Origin: Candidatus Yanofskybacteria bacterium
Lineage (GTDB): Bacteria > Patescibacteriota > Minisyncoccia > Minisyncoccales > UBA10102
Assembly (NCBI GenBank): GCA_030688685.1
Contig: JAUYJF010000038.1
Coordinates: forward strand, 1 to 47,188
DNA: 47,188 nucleotides
Direction of reading: 5' to 3'
The notes under the pieces were generated by a model. It saw only the letters and a list, made by a program, of their open reading frames with translations, was not told the DNA's origin and ran no database searches. This document shows positions 9,725-19,300 of this stretch, piece after piece. The position numbers and the translations under genes are program-made. Each line of letters starts with the position of its first letter. Position 1 is the first letter of the stretch.

Positions 9725-10921
9725 ATGACAAACAAAACAGCGCCAGTCAAGACGCCTTTCGTCAGGAAGGTGGAGATCCTCAAACCCTTCAAGGTGGGAG
9801 ACATCGTGGAAGGAGTTGTTGTCGGGATTGGGAGATCAGCGGCATATCTTGATCTTGGTCCCCGCGGAACAGGAATCATCTATGGAAGAGAGTTCATGGA
9901 AGAAAAGGAGCAGCTCAAGGGAATCAAGATGGGAGACGCCATCACAGCCAAAATCGTGGATCTGGAAAATGAGGACGGATATATTGAGCTTTCGCTTCGG
10001 GAAGCGGGAAAACAGATCACCTGGGAAAAACTCAAGGAACAGCGCGAAAAGGAAGAGACCTTCCGCGTGAAGATAACCGGAGCCAATAAAGGAGGGCTGC
10101 TCGCGGAGTTGTACGGAATTCAGGCCTTTCTGCCGGTTTCCCAACTTCACTCAGATCACTACCCAAAGGTAGAGGGAGGAGACCCTTCCCGAATTCTTGA
10201 AGAGCTTCAGAAGTTCATCGGAGAAGACTTTGAAGTCCAAGTATGCGACATTGACGCGGCCGAGAATAAAATCATCCTTTCAGAGCGCGCGAAAGAGCGG
10301 GGACGCATCAAAGAGGTGCTGGAAAAGTATAAAGTGGCGGATGTGGTGGAAGGAACCATCACGGGCATTGTGGATTTTGGGGCGTTCATCGCCTTTCCCG
10401 CGGACGCCCCAGAAACCGACCAGATTGAAGGACTCATTCATATTTCTGAAATTGACTGGCAAATCATTGAAAACCCGGCCCAGTTCCTGAAGGTTGGGGA
10501 AAAAGTGCAGGCGCAGATCATTGATATCTCAAATGACCGCGTTTCCCTTTCCCTGAAGGCAATGAAAGGAGACCCCTGGAAGGGAATTGAAGAAAAGTAC
10601 CAAAAGCTTGACGTGGTTCAAGGAAAAGTCACCAAAATCAATCCGTTTGGAGCGTTTGTGGAAATTGAACCAAAAATACAAGGATTAGCCCATATATCCG
10701 AATTTGGAACCAGAAAGAATATGGAGGATGTCATAGAGCCCCAGAAGACATACGCGTTTCAGATTCTGGAACTGAACGCGCCCGAGCACCGCATGACACT
10801 CAAGCTTGTTGATCAAACAGCCTCCCCTTCCCTCCAAGAAGCCGCCCCTTCCACCAAAAAACCAGGGAAACGTTCACTGCCCCAAGAAGAAGCGCAAGGA
10901 GAAACCCCGGAGGAAAAGTAA
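9725..10921 (+). CDS. rpsA: 30S ribosomal protein S1 (four S1 domains)
   Basis: Repeated S1 motifs: GDIVEGVV, AFLPVSQL, FGAF...GLIHISEI, FGAFV...GLAHISE. Confidence 0.9.
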   Translation: MTNKTAPVKTPFVRKVEILKPFKVGDIVEGVVVGIGRSAAYLDLGPRGTGIIYGREFMEEKEQLKGIKMGDAITAKIVDLENEDGYIELSLREAGKQITWEKLKEQREKEETFRVKITGANKGGLLAELYGIQAFLPVSQLHSDHYPKVEGGDPSRILEELQKFIGEDFEVQVCDIDAAENKIILSERAKERGRIKEVLEKYKVADVVEGTITGIVDFGAFIAFPADAPETDQIEGLIHISEIDWQIIENPAQFLKVGEKVQAQIIDISNDRVSLSLKAMKGDPWKGIEEKYQKLDVVQGKVTKINPFGAFVEIEPKIQGLAHISEFGTRKNMEDVIEPQKTYAFQILELNAPEHRMTLKLVDQTASPSLQEAAPSTKKPGKRSLPQEEAQGETPEEK

Positions 10922-11543
10922 GGAAACCGAGGTTTCCTATCCGCTTTTCGTCTTGAGTAAAGTCTTCAAGAGAAAGCGCGCTCTTTTCCGCGTACTCTTG
11001 CCCAATAATACTATTCTCTGCCTTTGGAGTTCCTCCAATAGGCGTACTCGCGCCCCAATTCTGCGGGTCATTTGCTGAGCGCTCAGGAAATCTCCGTTCC
11101 ATGGAACGCTTCTCTTCGTTATTTCCGGCAAACCAGCCGTCGTCCCGCGCGTCCAATTCCTCAACAACAACTCCTGTGGCGTCACGCAGGAGCACGCGCT
11201 GACCCGCGTTGTGGAGTTTTGCGCCCAGGTTCTGATAATTGACCGTGACTCCTGGAATCTTTTCTGACGCTCCCACCAAGGCATACCCCTTTGGAAAGAT
11301 AGTGCCCGAAAGAGCGATATGGAAATCCAGTTCTGCGCGATACAGCTCAATGCTCCACCCCTGAAGGGAAATGGGCGAATCTGAGCTATTATACAGCTCA
11401 ATCCATTCGTAACGCCATTCCTGTGCTGGATCCACCCCGGGCGCTGGACCCCCCATCCAGGCAATTTCGTTGACAAGAACCTGAGCTGAGGCACTCCAAG
11501 AAAACGCGAGCAACAGAATATTCAAGAGGATTCCTTTTCCCAT
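10800..11543 (-). CDS. Secreted lamin-tail-domain protein with C-terminal membrane anchor
   Basis: Signal peptide, VNEIAWMG...EWIELYN...ISLQGW, SMER, GTPKAENS (LTD pattern) and a C-terminal TM helix. Confidence 0.82.
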   Translation of the reverse strand: MGKGILLNILLLAFSWSASAQVLVNEIAWMGGPAPGVDPAQEWRYEWIELYNSSDSPISLQGWSIELYRAELDFHIALSGTIFPKGYALVGASEKIPGVTVNYQNLGAKLHNAGQRVLLRDATGVVVEELDARDDGWFAGNNEEKRSMERRFPERSANDPQNWGASTPIGGTPKAENSIIGQEYAEKSALSLEDFTQDEKRIGNLGFLTFPPGFLLALLLGAVNVSLVFWWKGRLLGGKGRLFDQQA

Positions 11544-11645
11544 TCCTCCAGATTACAAAAAATAGAATTACAAAGAAAGAAAGAGGCATACAACAAGTCT
11601 TCATCATCACTGGAAAAAGGTAGAGTTTTCTGCTATATTGATCCT

Positions 11646-13532
11646 ATGAAATCTCCCCGACTGCTTCAAAGTTTTTCAAAGAATTTTCTCATCGTTGTGC
11701 TTGTTTTGCTGACAATCTCAGCCCTGTTCGCGCTTTTTGCGGAACCCTTTCAGGAAACGGAAGAGATTACCATCACCCAGCTCGCCGAGAACATCCAGCA
11801 GGGGACGGTTCAGCGGATCCTCGTGTCTGGAAACGACCTCTCTGTAACCTATACGGACGGAAGAGAAGCTCAGGCAGTGAAGGAGTCTGAGCTTGGCCTC
11901 TCGCAAACCCTCCTCAACTATGGAGTGCAGCAGGATCAGTTGAGAGGCGTGGAAGTTCTCCAAGAAAAACCCTCGGGATTTTCTCAATGGATAGGACCCC
12001 TCTCGTTTCTCCTTTTCCCCCTTCTCCTGTTTATATTCTTTTTCTGGATGATATTCCGCCAGGCAAAGGGAGGAATTAATCAGGCCTTTGACTTTACCAG
12101 AGCCCGGGCCCGTCTCTTTGGAGGCGAGGGACAAAAAAAGGTGACGTTCGGGGATGTGGCAGGGCTCAAGGAGGCGAAGGAGGAAGTCCAGGAAGTCGTG
12201 GATTTCTTAAAGAATCCTGAGAAATACCTCAAGATGGGAGCAAAAATCCCCAGAGGAGTTCTCTTGGTAGGAGCTCCCGGCACAGGAAAAACGTTACTTG
12301 CAAGGGCGGTTGCGAACGAAGCAGGAGTCGCCTTTTTCTCCGCGTCCGGCTCTGAATTCATTGAGATGTTCGTAGGTGTGGGTTCGAGCAGAGTCCGGGA
12401 TTTGTTCCAGACCGCAAAGAAAGCCGGCCGCAGCATCATTTTTATTGATGAGCTGGATGCCATAGGGCGCATACGCGGAAGCAGCCATATCTCAGGAGGC
12501 GGACACGACGAACGAGAGCAAACGCTCAACCAGATCCTTACGGAAATGGACGGATTTGAGAGAACTGACACGCAGATTGTGATGGCAGCTACAAATCGAC
12601 CTGATGTCCTGGATCCCGCGCTCCTGCGCCCCGGACGGTTTGACCGAAGGATCATTCTTGATCTCCCCGACGTGAATGACCGGGAACAAATCCTCACGAT
12701 TCATGGAAGAGGCAAGCCCTTGGGACCTGATGTTTCCATCCGGGAAATCGCGGAGCGCACCCCCGGGTTTTCGGGCGCTGACTTGGAAAGCTTAATGAAT
12801 GAAGCGGCTATTCTTGCCGCGAGGCGCAATAAGACGCGGGTTGAGCAGAGCGAACTCCTTGAGTCCATTGATAAAGTGCTCCTGGGGCCGGAACGGAAAA
12901 GCCATATCCTTTCTCAGGATGAAAAGCGGGTAACTGCTTTCCATGAGGCGGGGCACGCATTGGTTTCCGCGTCTTTGAAGCACACAGATCCCGTGCGCAA
13001 GGTTTCCATTATCTCCAGAGGAAGAGCGGGAGGGTATACGCTCAACCTGCCTACCGAAGAAAAGCATCTGAAAACGCGTTCTGAGTTCGTTGATGAAATG
13101 GCAGTGCTCCTGGGAGGATACGCGGCAGAACATCTCGTGTTTCATGAAGTCACCACGGGAGCAAGCAATGACCTGGAAAAAGCGTCGGAGATAGCACGGC
13201 GCCTTGTGAAAGAATTCGGCATGTCAGAGAAACTCGGCCCTGTTACCTATGGAGAGCGGGACGGGTCGCCCTTCCTGGGAGGGGGATTTGGAGAAACCAA
13301 AAACTATTCTGACGCGGTTGCCGCAACCATAGACAAGGAGGTGGCAACTCTTCTGGAGAACGCGAGAAAGACCGCGGAAAAGGTTATCCGCCAAAAGCGA
13401 ATCACTCTTGAAAAAATAGCTCAGGTATTAATACAGAAGGAAACCATTGAGCGGGAGGAATTTGAGAAGTTGGTTGGGACAAAAAAGCAAGGAAAGAGGG
13501 CTGTTGGAAAAAAAGCTCCAGCTCCTGTATAA
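11646..13532 (+). CDS. ftsH: ATP-dependent zinc metalloprotease FtsH
   Basis: Two TM helices, Walker A GAPGTGKT, Walker [35 protein letters not shown]. Confidence 0.97.
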   Translation: MKSPRLLQSFSKNFLIVVLVLLTISALFALFAEPFQETEEITITQLAENIQQGTVQRILVSGNDLSVTYTDGREAQAVKESELGLSQTLLNYGVQQDQLRGVEVLQEKPSGFSQWIGPLSFLLFPLLLFIFFFWMIFRQAKGGINQAFDFTRARARLFGGEGQKKVTFGDVAGLKEAKEEVQEVVDFLKNPEKYLKMGAKIPRGVLLVGAPGTGKTLLARAVANEAGVAFFSASGSEFIEMFVGVGSSRVRDLFQTAKKAGRSIIFIDELDAIGRIRGSSHISGGGHDEREQTLNQILTEMDGFERTDTQIVMAATNRPDVLDPALLRPGRFDRRIILDLPDVNDREQILTIHGRGKPLGPDVSIREIAERTPGFSGADLESLMNEAAILAARRNKTRVEQSELLESIDKVLLGPERKSHILSQDEKRVTAFHEAGHALVSASLKHTDPVRKVSIISRGRAGGYTLNLPTEEKHLKTRSEFVDEMAVLLGGYAAEHLVFHEVTTGASNDLEKASEIARRLVKEFGMSEKLGPVTYGERDGSPFLGGGFGETKNYSDAVAATIDKEVATLLENARKTAEKVIRQKRITLEKIAQVLIQKETIEREEFEKLVGTKKQGKRAVGKKAPAPV

Positions 13533-13546
13533 TACTGTCCGAGGGG

Positions 13547-13620
13547 GGGCGCGTAGCTCAGCTGGTTAGAGCATCCGGCTTATATCCGGACGGTCCCTGG
13601 TTCGAATCCAGGCGCGCCCA
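13547..13620 (+). tRNA. tRNA-Ile(UAU)
   Basis: Fully paired cloverleaf; anticodon arm TCCGG-CTTATAT-CCGGA gives anticodon TAT; discriminator A. Confidence 0.92.
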
Positions 13621-13626
13621 CTTGAT

Positions 13627-13703
13627 GGGCGGTTAGCTCAGTTGGTTAGAGCGCAGCATTGACATTGCTGAGGTGACAGGTTCGAATCCTGTACCGCCCA
13701 CCA
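13627..13703 (+). tRNA. tRNA-Val(GAC)
   Basis: Anticodon arm CAGCA-TTGACAT-TGCTG; encoded CCA. Confidence 0.95.
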
Positions 13704-13705
13704 GT

Positions 13706-14410
13706 ATGGACTTGAATATTCTCCACGAAAATGCTACTCTTCTGGTTGTAGACAAGCCAGCAGGCATTCCCGTCTGGCAAGAAGAACCTTACCAAGGAAC
13801 CACGCTTGCGCAAGAATTGGCACAGCTGCGCCCGGAACTCCAGGATTTGAATCGGCATGGAATTGTGCACAGGCTCGACAAGGATACTTCAGGAGTGCTT
13901 CTGGTGGCAAAAACCCCAGATGCCTTGGAGTACTTTCAGAGGCAATTCAAGGAACACTCGGTCCAGAAGACCTACCAGTGTTTGGTGACAGGGTCACCCG
14001 GCAAGGACGCCGGGGAAATCCGCACCTTCATTGGGAGGGCTCCGAGCGATCGAAGGAAGCAGAAAGCATTTCCCCAAGAAGGTCCGGGAAGAAGGGAAGC
14101 AATTACAGAATTCCGGGTCTTGGAACGATTTCCCGGATTCGCGCTCCTGAAGGTAGTGCCCAAAACAGGCAGAAAGCATCAGATCCGGGCGCATATGACT
14201 TATCTTGGTCATCCCCTCGCGGGAGATAAACTGTATTCGTTTAAGAATCAACAGGTCCCTGAGGGCTTAGGACGACACTTTCTCCACGCGTATTCCCTTG
14301 AAGTTCAAATGGAGGATGGGAGCAGAGAAGAGTTCATCTCCCCTCTCCCAGAAGACTTACAATCAGTCTTAGAAATATTACAAAAGAAATCCCATGGAAA
14401 CAGCAACTGA
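13706..14410 (+). CDS. RluA/RluD-family pseudouridine synthase (no S4 domain)
   Basis: VVDKPAG, catalytic [26 protein letters not shown]; start set at ATG 13706 after the tRNA. Confidence 0.93.
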   Translation: MDLNILHENATLLVVDKPAGIPVWQEEPYQGTTLAQELAQLRPELQDLNRHGIVHRLDKDTSGVLLVAKTPDALEYFQRQFKEHSVQKTYQCLVTGSPGKDAGEIRTFIGRAPSDRRKQKAFPQEGPGRREAITEFRVLERFPGFALLKVVPKTGRKHQIRAHMTYLGHPLAGDKLYSFKNQQVPEGLGRHFLHAYSLEVQMEDGSREEFISPLPEDLQSVLEILQKKSHGNSN

Positions 14411-14750
14411 AACAATTACCAAAGCGCAGCTGAAGCAAGATCTTCCGGATATAAAACCGGGGGACACTATTCGCGTACACCAAAAAGTAAAAGAGGGCGC
14501 GAAAGAGCGCATCCAAGTATTTGAGGGTACTGTTCTCGCGCAGAAACACGGGAGAGGACTGAACGCGACCATGACCGTGCGTAAGATAAGCATGGGGGTT
14601 GGGGTTGAGCGCATCTTCCCCATCCATTCCCCCTCAATTACAAAGATTGAAGTAATGAAGCGCAGTAAGGTGCGAAGGGCGAAGCTCTACTATCTAAGAG
14701 ACGCAAAGGGAGCGCGTGCTCGCTTGAAAGCAGTGGACACAAAGAAATAG
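14394..14750 (+). CDS. rplS: 50S ribosomal protein L19
   Basis: [36 protein letters not shown]. Confidence 0.98.
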   Translation: METATETITKAQLKQDLPDIKPGDTIRVHQKVKEGAKERIQVFEGTVLAQKHGRGLNATMTVRKISMGVGVERIFPIHSPSITKIEVMKRSKVRRAKLYYLRDAKGARARLKAVDTKK

Positions 14751-14760
14751 GGATACGCTT

Positions 14761-14844
14761 GCGGACGTGGTGAAATTGGCAAACACGCTACCTTGAGGGG
14801 GTAGTGGGCGCAAGCCCTTGGAGGTTCAAGTCCTCTCGTCCGCA
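14761..14844 (+). tRNA. tRNA-Leu(GAG)
   Basis: Anticodon arm CTACC-TTGAGGG-GGTAG; long variable arm. Confidence 0.95.
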
Positions 14845-14918
14845 CAGATAGAAACCGCTCTTTGCGAGCGGCTTTTGCTTGAAAAACTCAATCATATACG
14901 GTATGATAGGTTCGTTAC

Positions 14919-14992
14919 GGGCGGTTAGCTGAGCTGGCTAGAGCGAGTCGTTTACAGCGAGTAGGCAGGGGTTTCGAGTCACTCACCGCCCA
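14919..14992 (+). tRNA. tRNA-Val(UAC), degenerate (possible pseudogene)
   Basis: Acceptor stem GGGCGGT/ACCGCCC intact and loop TTTACAG, but mismatches in the D, anticodon and T stems. Confidence 0.7.
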
Positions 14993-15033
14993 CAGAATTG
15001 AAAGAAAGAAGAGGTTCACTACAATAGACGTAT

Positions 15034-15105
15034 GCCGCGGTAGCTCAGTGGTGGAGCGCATCCCTGAAGAGGATGGCGTCGGGTGTTCGATTCACCCCCG
15101 CGGCA
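15034..15105 (+). tRNA. tRNA-Phe(GAA)
   Basis: Anticodon arm CATCC-CTGAAGA-GGATG (G37). Confidence 0.94.
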
Positions 15106-15137
15106 CCCTTCGTTCGTTTGCGAATATTGCGGGCCTG

Positions 15138-15170
15138 CCCGCCGTAGCTCGCATAGCGAGCGTAGGCGGG
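15138..15170 (+). repeat. REP-like hairpin between tandem tRNAs, copy 1
   Basis: CCCGCC-GTA-GCTCGC-ATA-GCGAGC-GTA-GGCGGG; related sequence at 21358-21390 on the minus strand. Confidence 0.6.
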
Positions 15171-15239
15171 TGTAGCATAGTGGTAATGCATCTGGTTGCC
15201 AATCAGAGTATGTGGGTTCGATTCCCATCACCCGCTCCA
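15166..15239 (+). tRNA. tRNA-Gly(GCC)
   Basis: Anticodon loop TTGCCAA; U73 and encoded CCA. Confidence 0.95.
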
Positions 15240-15262
15240 AGCGCAGCAGCGCGAATGTACCA

Positions 15263-15294
15263 ACGCAAGACCGCCCCAAGAGGGCGGTTTTGCG
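15263..15294. terminator. Terminator hairpin between the tRNA cluster and the convergent B12 operon
   Basis: ACGCAAGACCGCCC-CAAGA-GGGCGGTTTTGCGT inverted repeat. Confidence 0.65.
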
Positions 15295-15837
15295 TTATGC
15301 CTTAGCAGGACTCACCCGGTACGCGCGCTGGCGTAAGAGGTACGCGGCGTATTCGTACGCCCCAAAGAACAAACCTACATAGAGAGCGTCTCCGACAAGG
15401 GTATTCCGAAAGAATGGTATTGCCATGGTGTAGGAAGCCACAAGACCCTCAAGGGTGGCAGGATACAGGGGAGAGAACGCCCATGTGGCAAAGTTTGTAG
15501 TAAGGTAGAACAGCGTAGACCCTGTTAGCGTTGCTAATATGATGGTTCCCGGTGCTTTTCGTTTGCTTATCAAAAAGCCGATACCAGCTATGCCAACAAA
15601 ACTCGCGTACACAGATCCCATAACCTGCCACTCGTATGTTCCAAAAAAGATGTCTGAAAGCAGCATAAGAGGAATGGGAGCGAGCAAAAACCACTTTGAA
15701 AGACGCGAGGCATATACGCCAGCAAACAGAGCAAACGCTCCCACTGGAGCAACATTCGGAATATCTATGAGGAGTCGTCCCGCGATACTTAGGAGAAATA
15801 ACGCTCCAAAAAAGAAGAGGAGAAATTTACTATTCAT
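15295..15837 (-). CDS. DUF6580-like membrane protein; putative ECF-type S-component / cobalamin uptake protein
   Basis: About 6 TM helices with PNVAPVGAFALFAG, LLSD, FYLTTNFATW and IPFFRNTLVGDALY; overlaps the end of pduO in the nrdJ operon. Confidence 0.7.
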   Translation of the reverse strand: MNSKFLLFFFGALFLLSIAGRLLIDIPNVAPVGAFALFAGVYASRLSKWFLLAPIPLMLLSDIFFGTYEWQVMGSVYASFVGIAGIGFLISKRKAPGTIILATLTGSTLFYLTTNFATWAFSPLYPATLEGLVASYTMAIPFFRNTLVGDALYVGLFFGAYEYAAYLLRQRAYRVSPAKA

Positions 15838-16369
15838 ATTTTGGTTTTGATTCTTTTACTTCTTCACTGAATACCTGAAGCCGAGCTAAAGCAAAGAAAT
15901 AACTGGAAAGACGGTTCAAATACGTGAGAATTTCCTGGGGCAGCGGATTCTCCTTGTGGAGGCGAAATACGGCGCGCTCCACGCGGCGGGACACGGCGCG
16001 CAGAATATCAAGCTGGGCGGATACCGGGTCAGCTCCCGGGATGACAAAGCCTCGTTCTGGCTGCAGCTTTGCTTCAATCTCTTCAATTGCCTGTTCTAGT
16101 TCCCGTATTTTGGATTCTGCAAGTTCCGGTCCAGGATACTCTGGGGCAAGCAAATGCCCCACCCGGGCTTGAATGATAAACAGCGTCTCCTGAACATTCT
16201 TCAGCTGACGCCCCAACTCTGTTCCCTTGTAGCTCCTTACCCATCCAATGAAGCTATTGAGTTCGTCCAGCTCACCAAGCGCCTCAAGAACAGGGGAATC
16301 CTTCGGGTATTTCTTTGCGCCAATATGGGATTCCCCCTGATCTCCTTTCCCGGTGTAGAAGAACCCCAT
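15830..16369 (-). CDS. pduO: PduO-type ATP:cob(I)alamin adenosyltransferase
   Basis: YTGKGDQG, GELDELNSFIG, FVIPG, RAVSRRVER, YLNRLSSYFFALAR; ATG at 16369, 1 nt after the nrdJ stop. Confidence 0.92.
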   Translation of the reverse strand: MGFFYTGKGDQGESHIGAKKYPKDSPVLEALGELDELNSFIGWVRSYKGTELGRQLKNVQETLFIIQARVGHLLAPEYPGPELAESKIRELEQAIEEIEAKLQPERGFVIPGADPVSAQLDILRAVSRRVERAVFRLHKENPLPQEILTYLNRLSSYFFALARLQVFSEEVKESKPKYE

Positions 16370-16370
16370 A

Positions 16371-19300
16371 TTAGCTGCAGCGGCTGAATCCGCAGCCATG
16401 GCAACTAATGCATCCTTCTTGCATGGTAAGAACATTCCCGCATTCAGGGCATCCGGGCATAAAGCCAAAGTCTGCCATGGATTTCTTGCTCCCTTCTTTC
16501 GCAAACGCGAGAACTTCTTGGTTTTCCGGGCGTTTCAGTACGTCCTCCACCTCCCGCACAGACCCGATGTGCTCTTTGAGTACCTTTCCGATAGCATCGG
16601 GGAGAGAGAGCACCGTTCCCTTATTCGTAAAGATGGGCATAGGGCCGCGGATTCCTTCAATGCTGTCAATGACCTCCTTCACTTCAACACCAGCTCGCAG
16701 CGAAAGAGAGATAAGGCGCGTAATGGCTTCCGTTTGTTCCTGGAAGAACCCTCCCGATTTTCCAATAGTCGCGAACACCTCAAAGGGCTCTCCGCGCTCG
16801 TCATTATTGATTGTGATGAACAAGCTCCCATACCCGGTTTTCATCTTGTAGGTCTGCCCCGTCATTACGTCCGGGCGCGGACGCACGAAAGGCTTGTTGA
16901 AATCTCCTCCTGAAGAATTGGCATTGCTGTTCTCGTCCTCCTTTCTTTTATTGGGAAGTTCCGTGGGAGCAACGATATTGTCTCCTTTCCCAACATTCAG
17001 AATTTGGATCATTCTGCTTCCGTCCCGGTATACCGTTGCCGCCTTGCATCCGAGCTTCCAGGCGGACACAAATGCGTCCGCTACGTCTTCCCTCGTGGCC
17101 TCGTTCTTAAAGTTAATGGTTTTTGAAATGGAGTTGTCCACATTCCTTTGAAAAGCGGCCTGCATCTCCATGTGGGAGCTCCCCGCAATGTCCATGGCAA
17201 CCACAAACACGTTTTTTAGTTCCTGTGGAAGCCCTTCAATATCTTGAATGGATCCCTTGTCAATAACTTCATCCAAAATACGGCTTTTTTCCTCCTCGCC
17301 CAGATGCAGTGCTTCCAGGGCTTTCTGGAAAAAGCGGTTAAAGTATCGGTACTGAAAACCGTCTTTATCTTGCTTTACATATGCCAGAGCAAAATTCGGT
17401 TCAATGCCAGAGGACGTGTCAAACATCATGGCAATGGAACCTGTAGGGGCAACGGTTGTAAGGGCGGCATTGCGCATCTTGATGTTCTGCTTTGCGAAAA
17501 CACTCTTCTCGTGATTCGGGAATGCTCCCTTTTCCACAGCTAACTCCTGGGACATCTTGTGGGCCTCTTCATTAATGAACCCCATAACCTTCTCTGCCAT
17601 AGCAAACCCTTCCTTGGAGTTATATGGAATCCTCAGCTGATAGAGCATATCCGCGAACCCCATGATCCCCAGGCCGATGCGCCGGTTTTTCAGCGCCAGC
17701 TCCGTAACCTGCTCCACGGGAAAATCAAACTTATCAATGACGTTGTCCATGAGCCGCACGGCGGTTTTCGTGGAAAAACGCAGGCGCTCCCAATTCACAT
17801 TTCCATCCTTTACAAACTCGGCAAGATTGATGGAACCAAGGTTGCAATTGTCATACGGGTGAAGAAACTGTTCACCGCAAGGATTAGAAACAGCGATAGA
17901 ACCTAACCCCGGAAGAGGGTTGGTCTTGTTCACGGTATCAATAAACGCGATGCCGGGCTCCCCGTTTGTCCAAGCGCCCTCCACAAGCTTATCAAACAAC
18001 TCCTGCACGGTGATATCTATCTCTTCCGCGTCATACACCGCTCCATTTGGATGACGGAGAACCTTGTGAGGTTTCATCTTATTCCCCTTAAAGGTGCTAT
18101 ACCAGAGCTGGGCTGGATCTTCTTGGAGCTGCTTCATGAACTCATCGGTCACGGTAACAGAGATATTGAAGTTCCGGATTTCCCCTTCATTCTTTTTGCA
18201 GTCAATGAAGTCCAGGATATCCGGGTGGTCAACGCGCATCATGGCCATATTTGCTCCGTGCCTACTGTTACTTGTGTACAAGCCGGCGTTAATCATGTGA
18301 ATATCTTCCACTTCAAAATCATAGACCTCTTGTTTGCCTGCTTGCTCAATGCTCTTCATTTTGACAGGCAAAAAGCCGGTCCAGTCAATCTTTTGCTGAA
18401 CAACTGCTTCTGCCTGCCGCAAAAGCGCCTGCGCCTGAATCTGAGAGAGGATAGAATGACTAATCGTACTGCGCACCCCGTCGTGCAGCCGCTTAATATC
18501 CAGCCACGAATAACCGAGATCGCGCACAGGATGGAACGGGAAAATCCAGCCAAAATCCTTTGTCTCTTCCTTTTTCTGGATTTTCCAGGAGTGAAAAGAA
18601 AGCTTTTCGTAGAATCGGTGGGTAGAATCTTTTCCTATGACCCCCACACGGTACACAATTCTCCAGTTTGCCCTCCTCTGCTCTTGCTTGATTTTCGCTC
18701 CAATGCTATTGGCAATGAGCATGAGCTGGAGCTGCTGAGCAAACGTTTTGCTGGATGTATTTAAACGATAGTTCTTTCCGTTGTCGCCATCACCATCAAA
18801 GAACCCCGCGATAAATGCCATCTGCACTGAGCTGGGAGATCGAAAGATTTTCTCTGGTACTTCTATTTCATAAGCATACTGCTTGAGAAGATTATTCTTC
18901 TGGAAAAATCGTTTAAGCATCTGGGAACTCACATGGAACTTTCGACACCCATCATAATGTTTCTCAAGAAAAGGCGTAATGCCAAACAAGTTCGCTACTA
19001 AACTCCGGAAGCCCTTTTCTTCGGAATCCGCATCATGTATCGCTATCCGTATTCCTTGGGAATCGTTGTTTCCATCCGAATAATACAGTCCAAGAAAGTA
19101 CGCCAACTTTTCGTCCAGTACTTCTGGCTGACGAATTACGCGAGCCCTTGATGAGCTGATTTCCACTTGTTCCAGTTCTTGAAACCCGCGGTTCGCATCA
19201 GCATTATCTCCGAGCTTCATAAGCAGCACATCTTCTGCTGTGAGGTCTTTCACCTGTTTGAGCGCGATTGCTCCATTCTGAATAACCGCCACCTTGTGAT

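Noticed and set aside
15019..15305. ORFs spanning tRNA clusters (also 4357-4665, 21108-21657, 35881-36367, 43614-43850, 46519-46767)
   Set aside because: They overlap clear tRNA genes and translate typical tRNA sequence.
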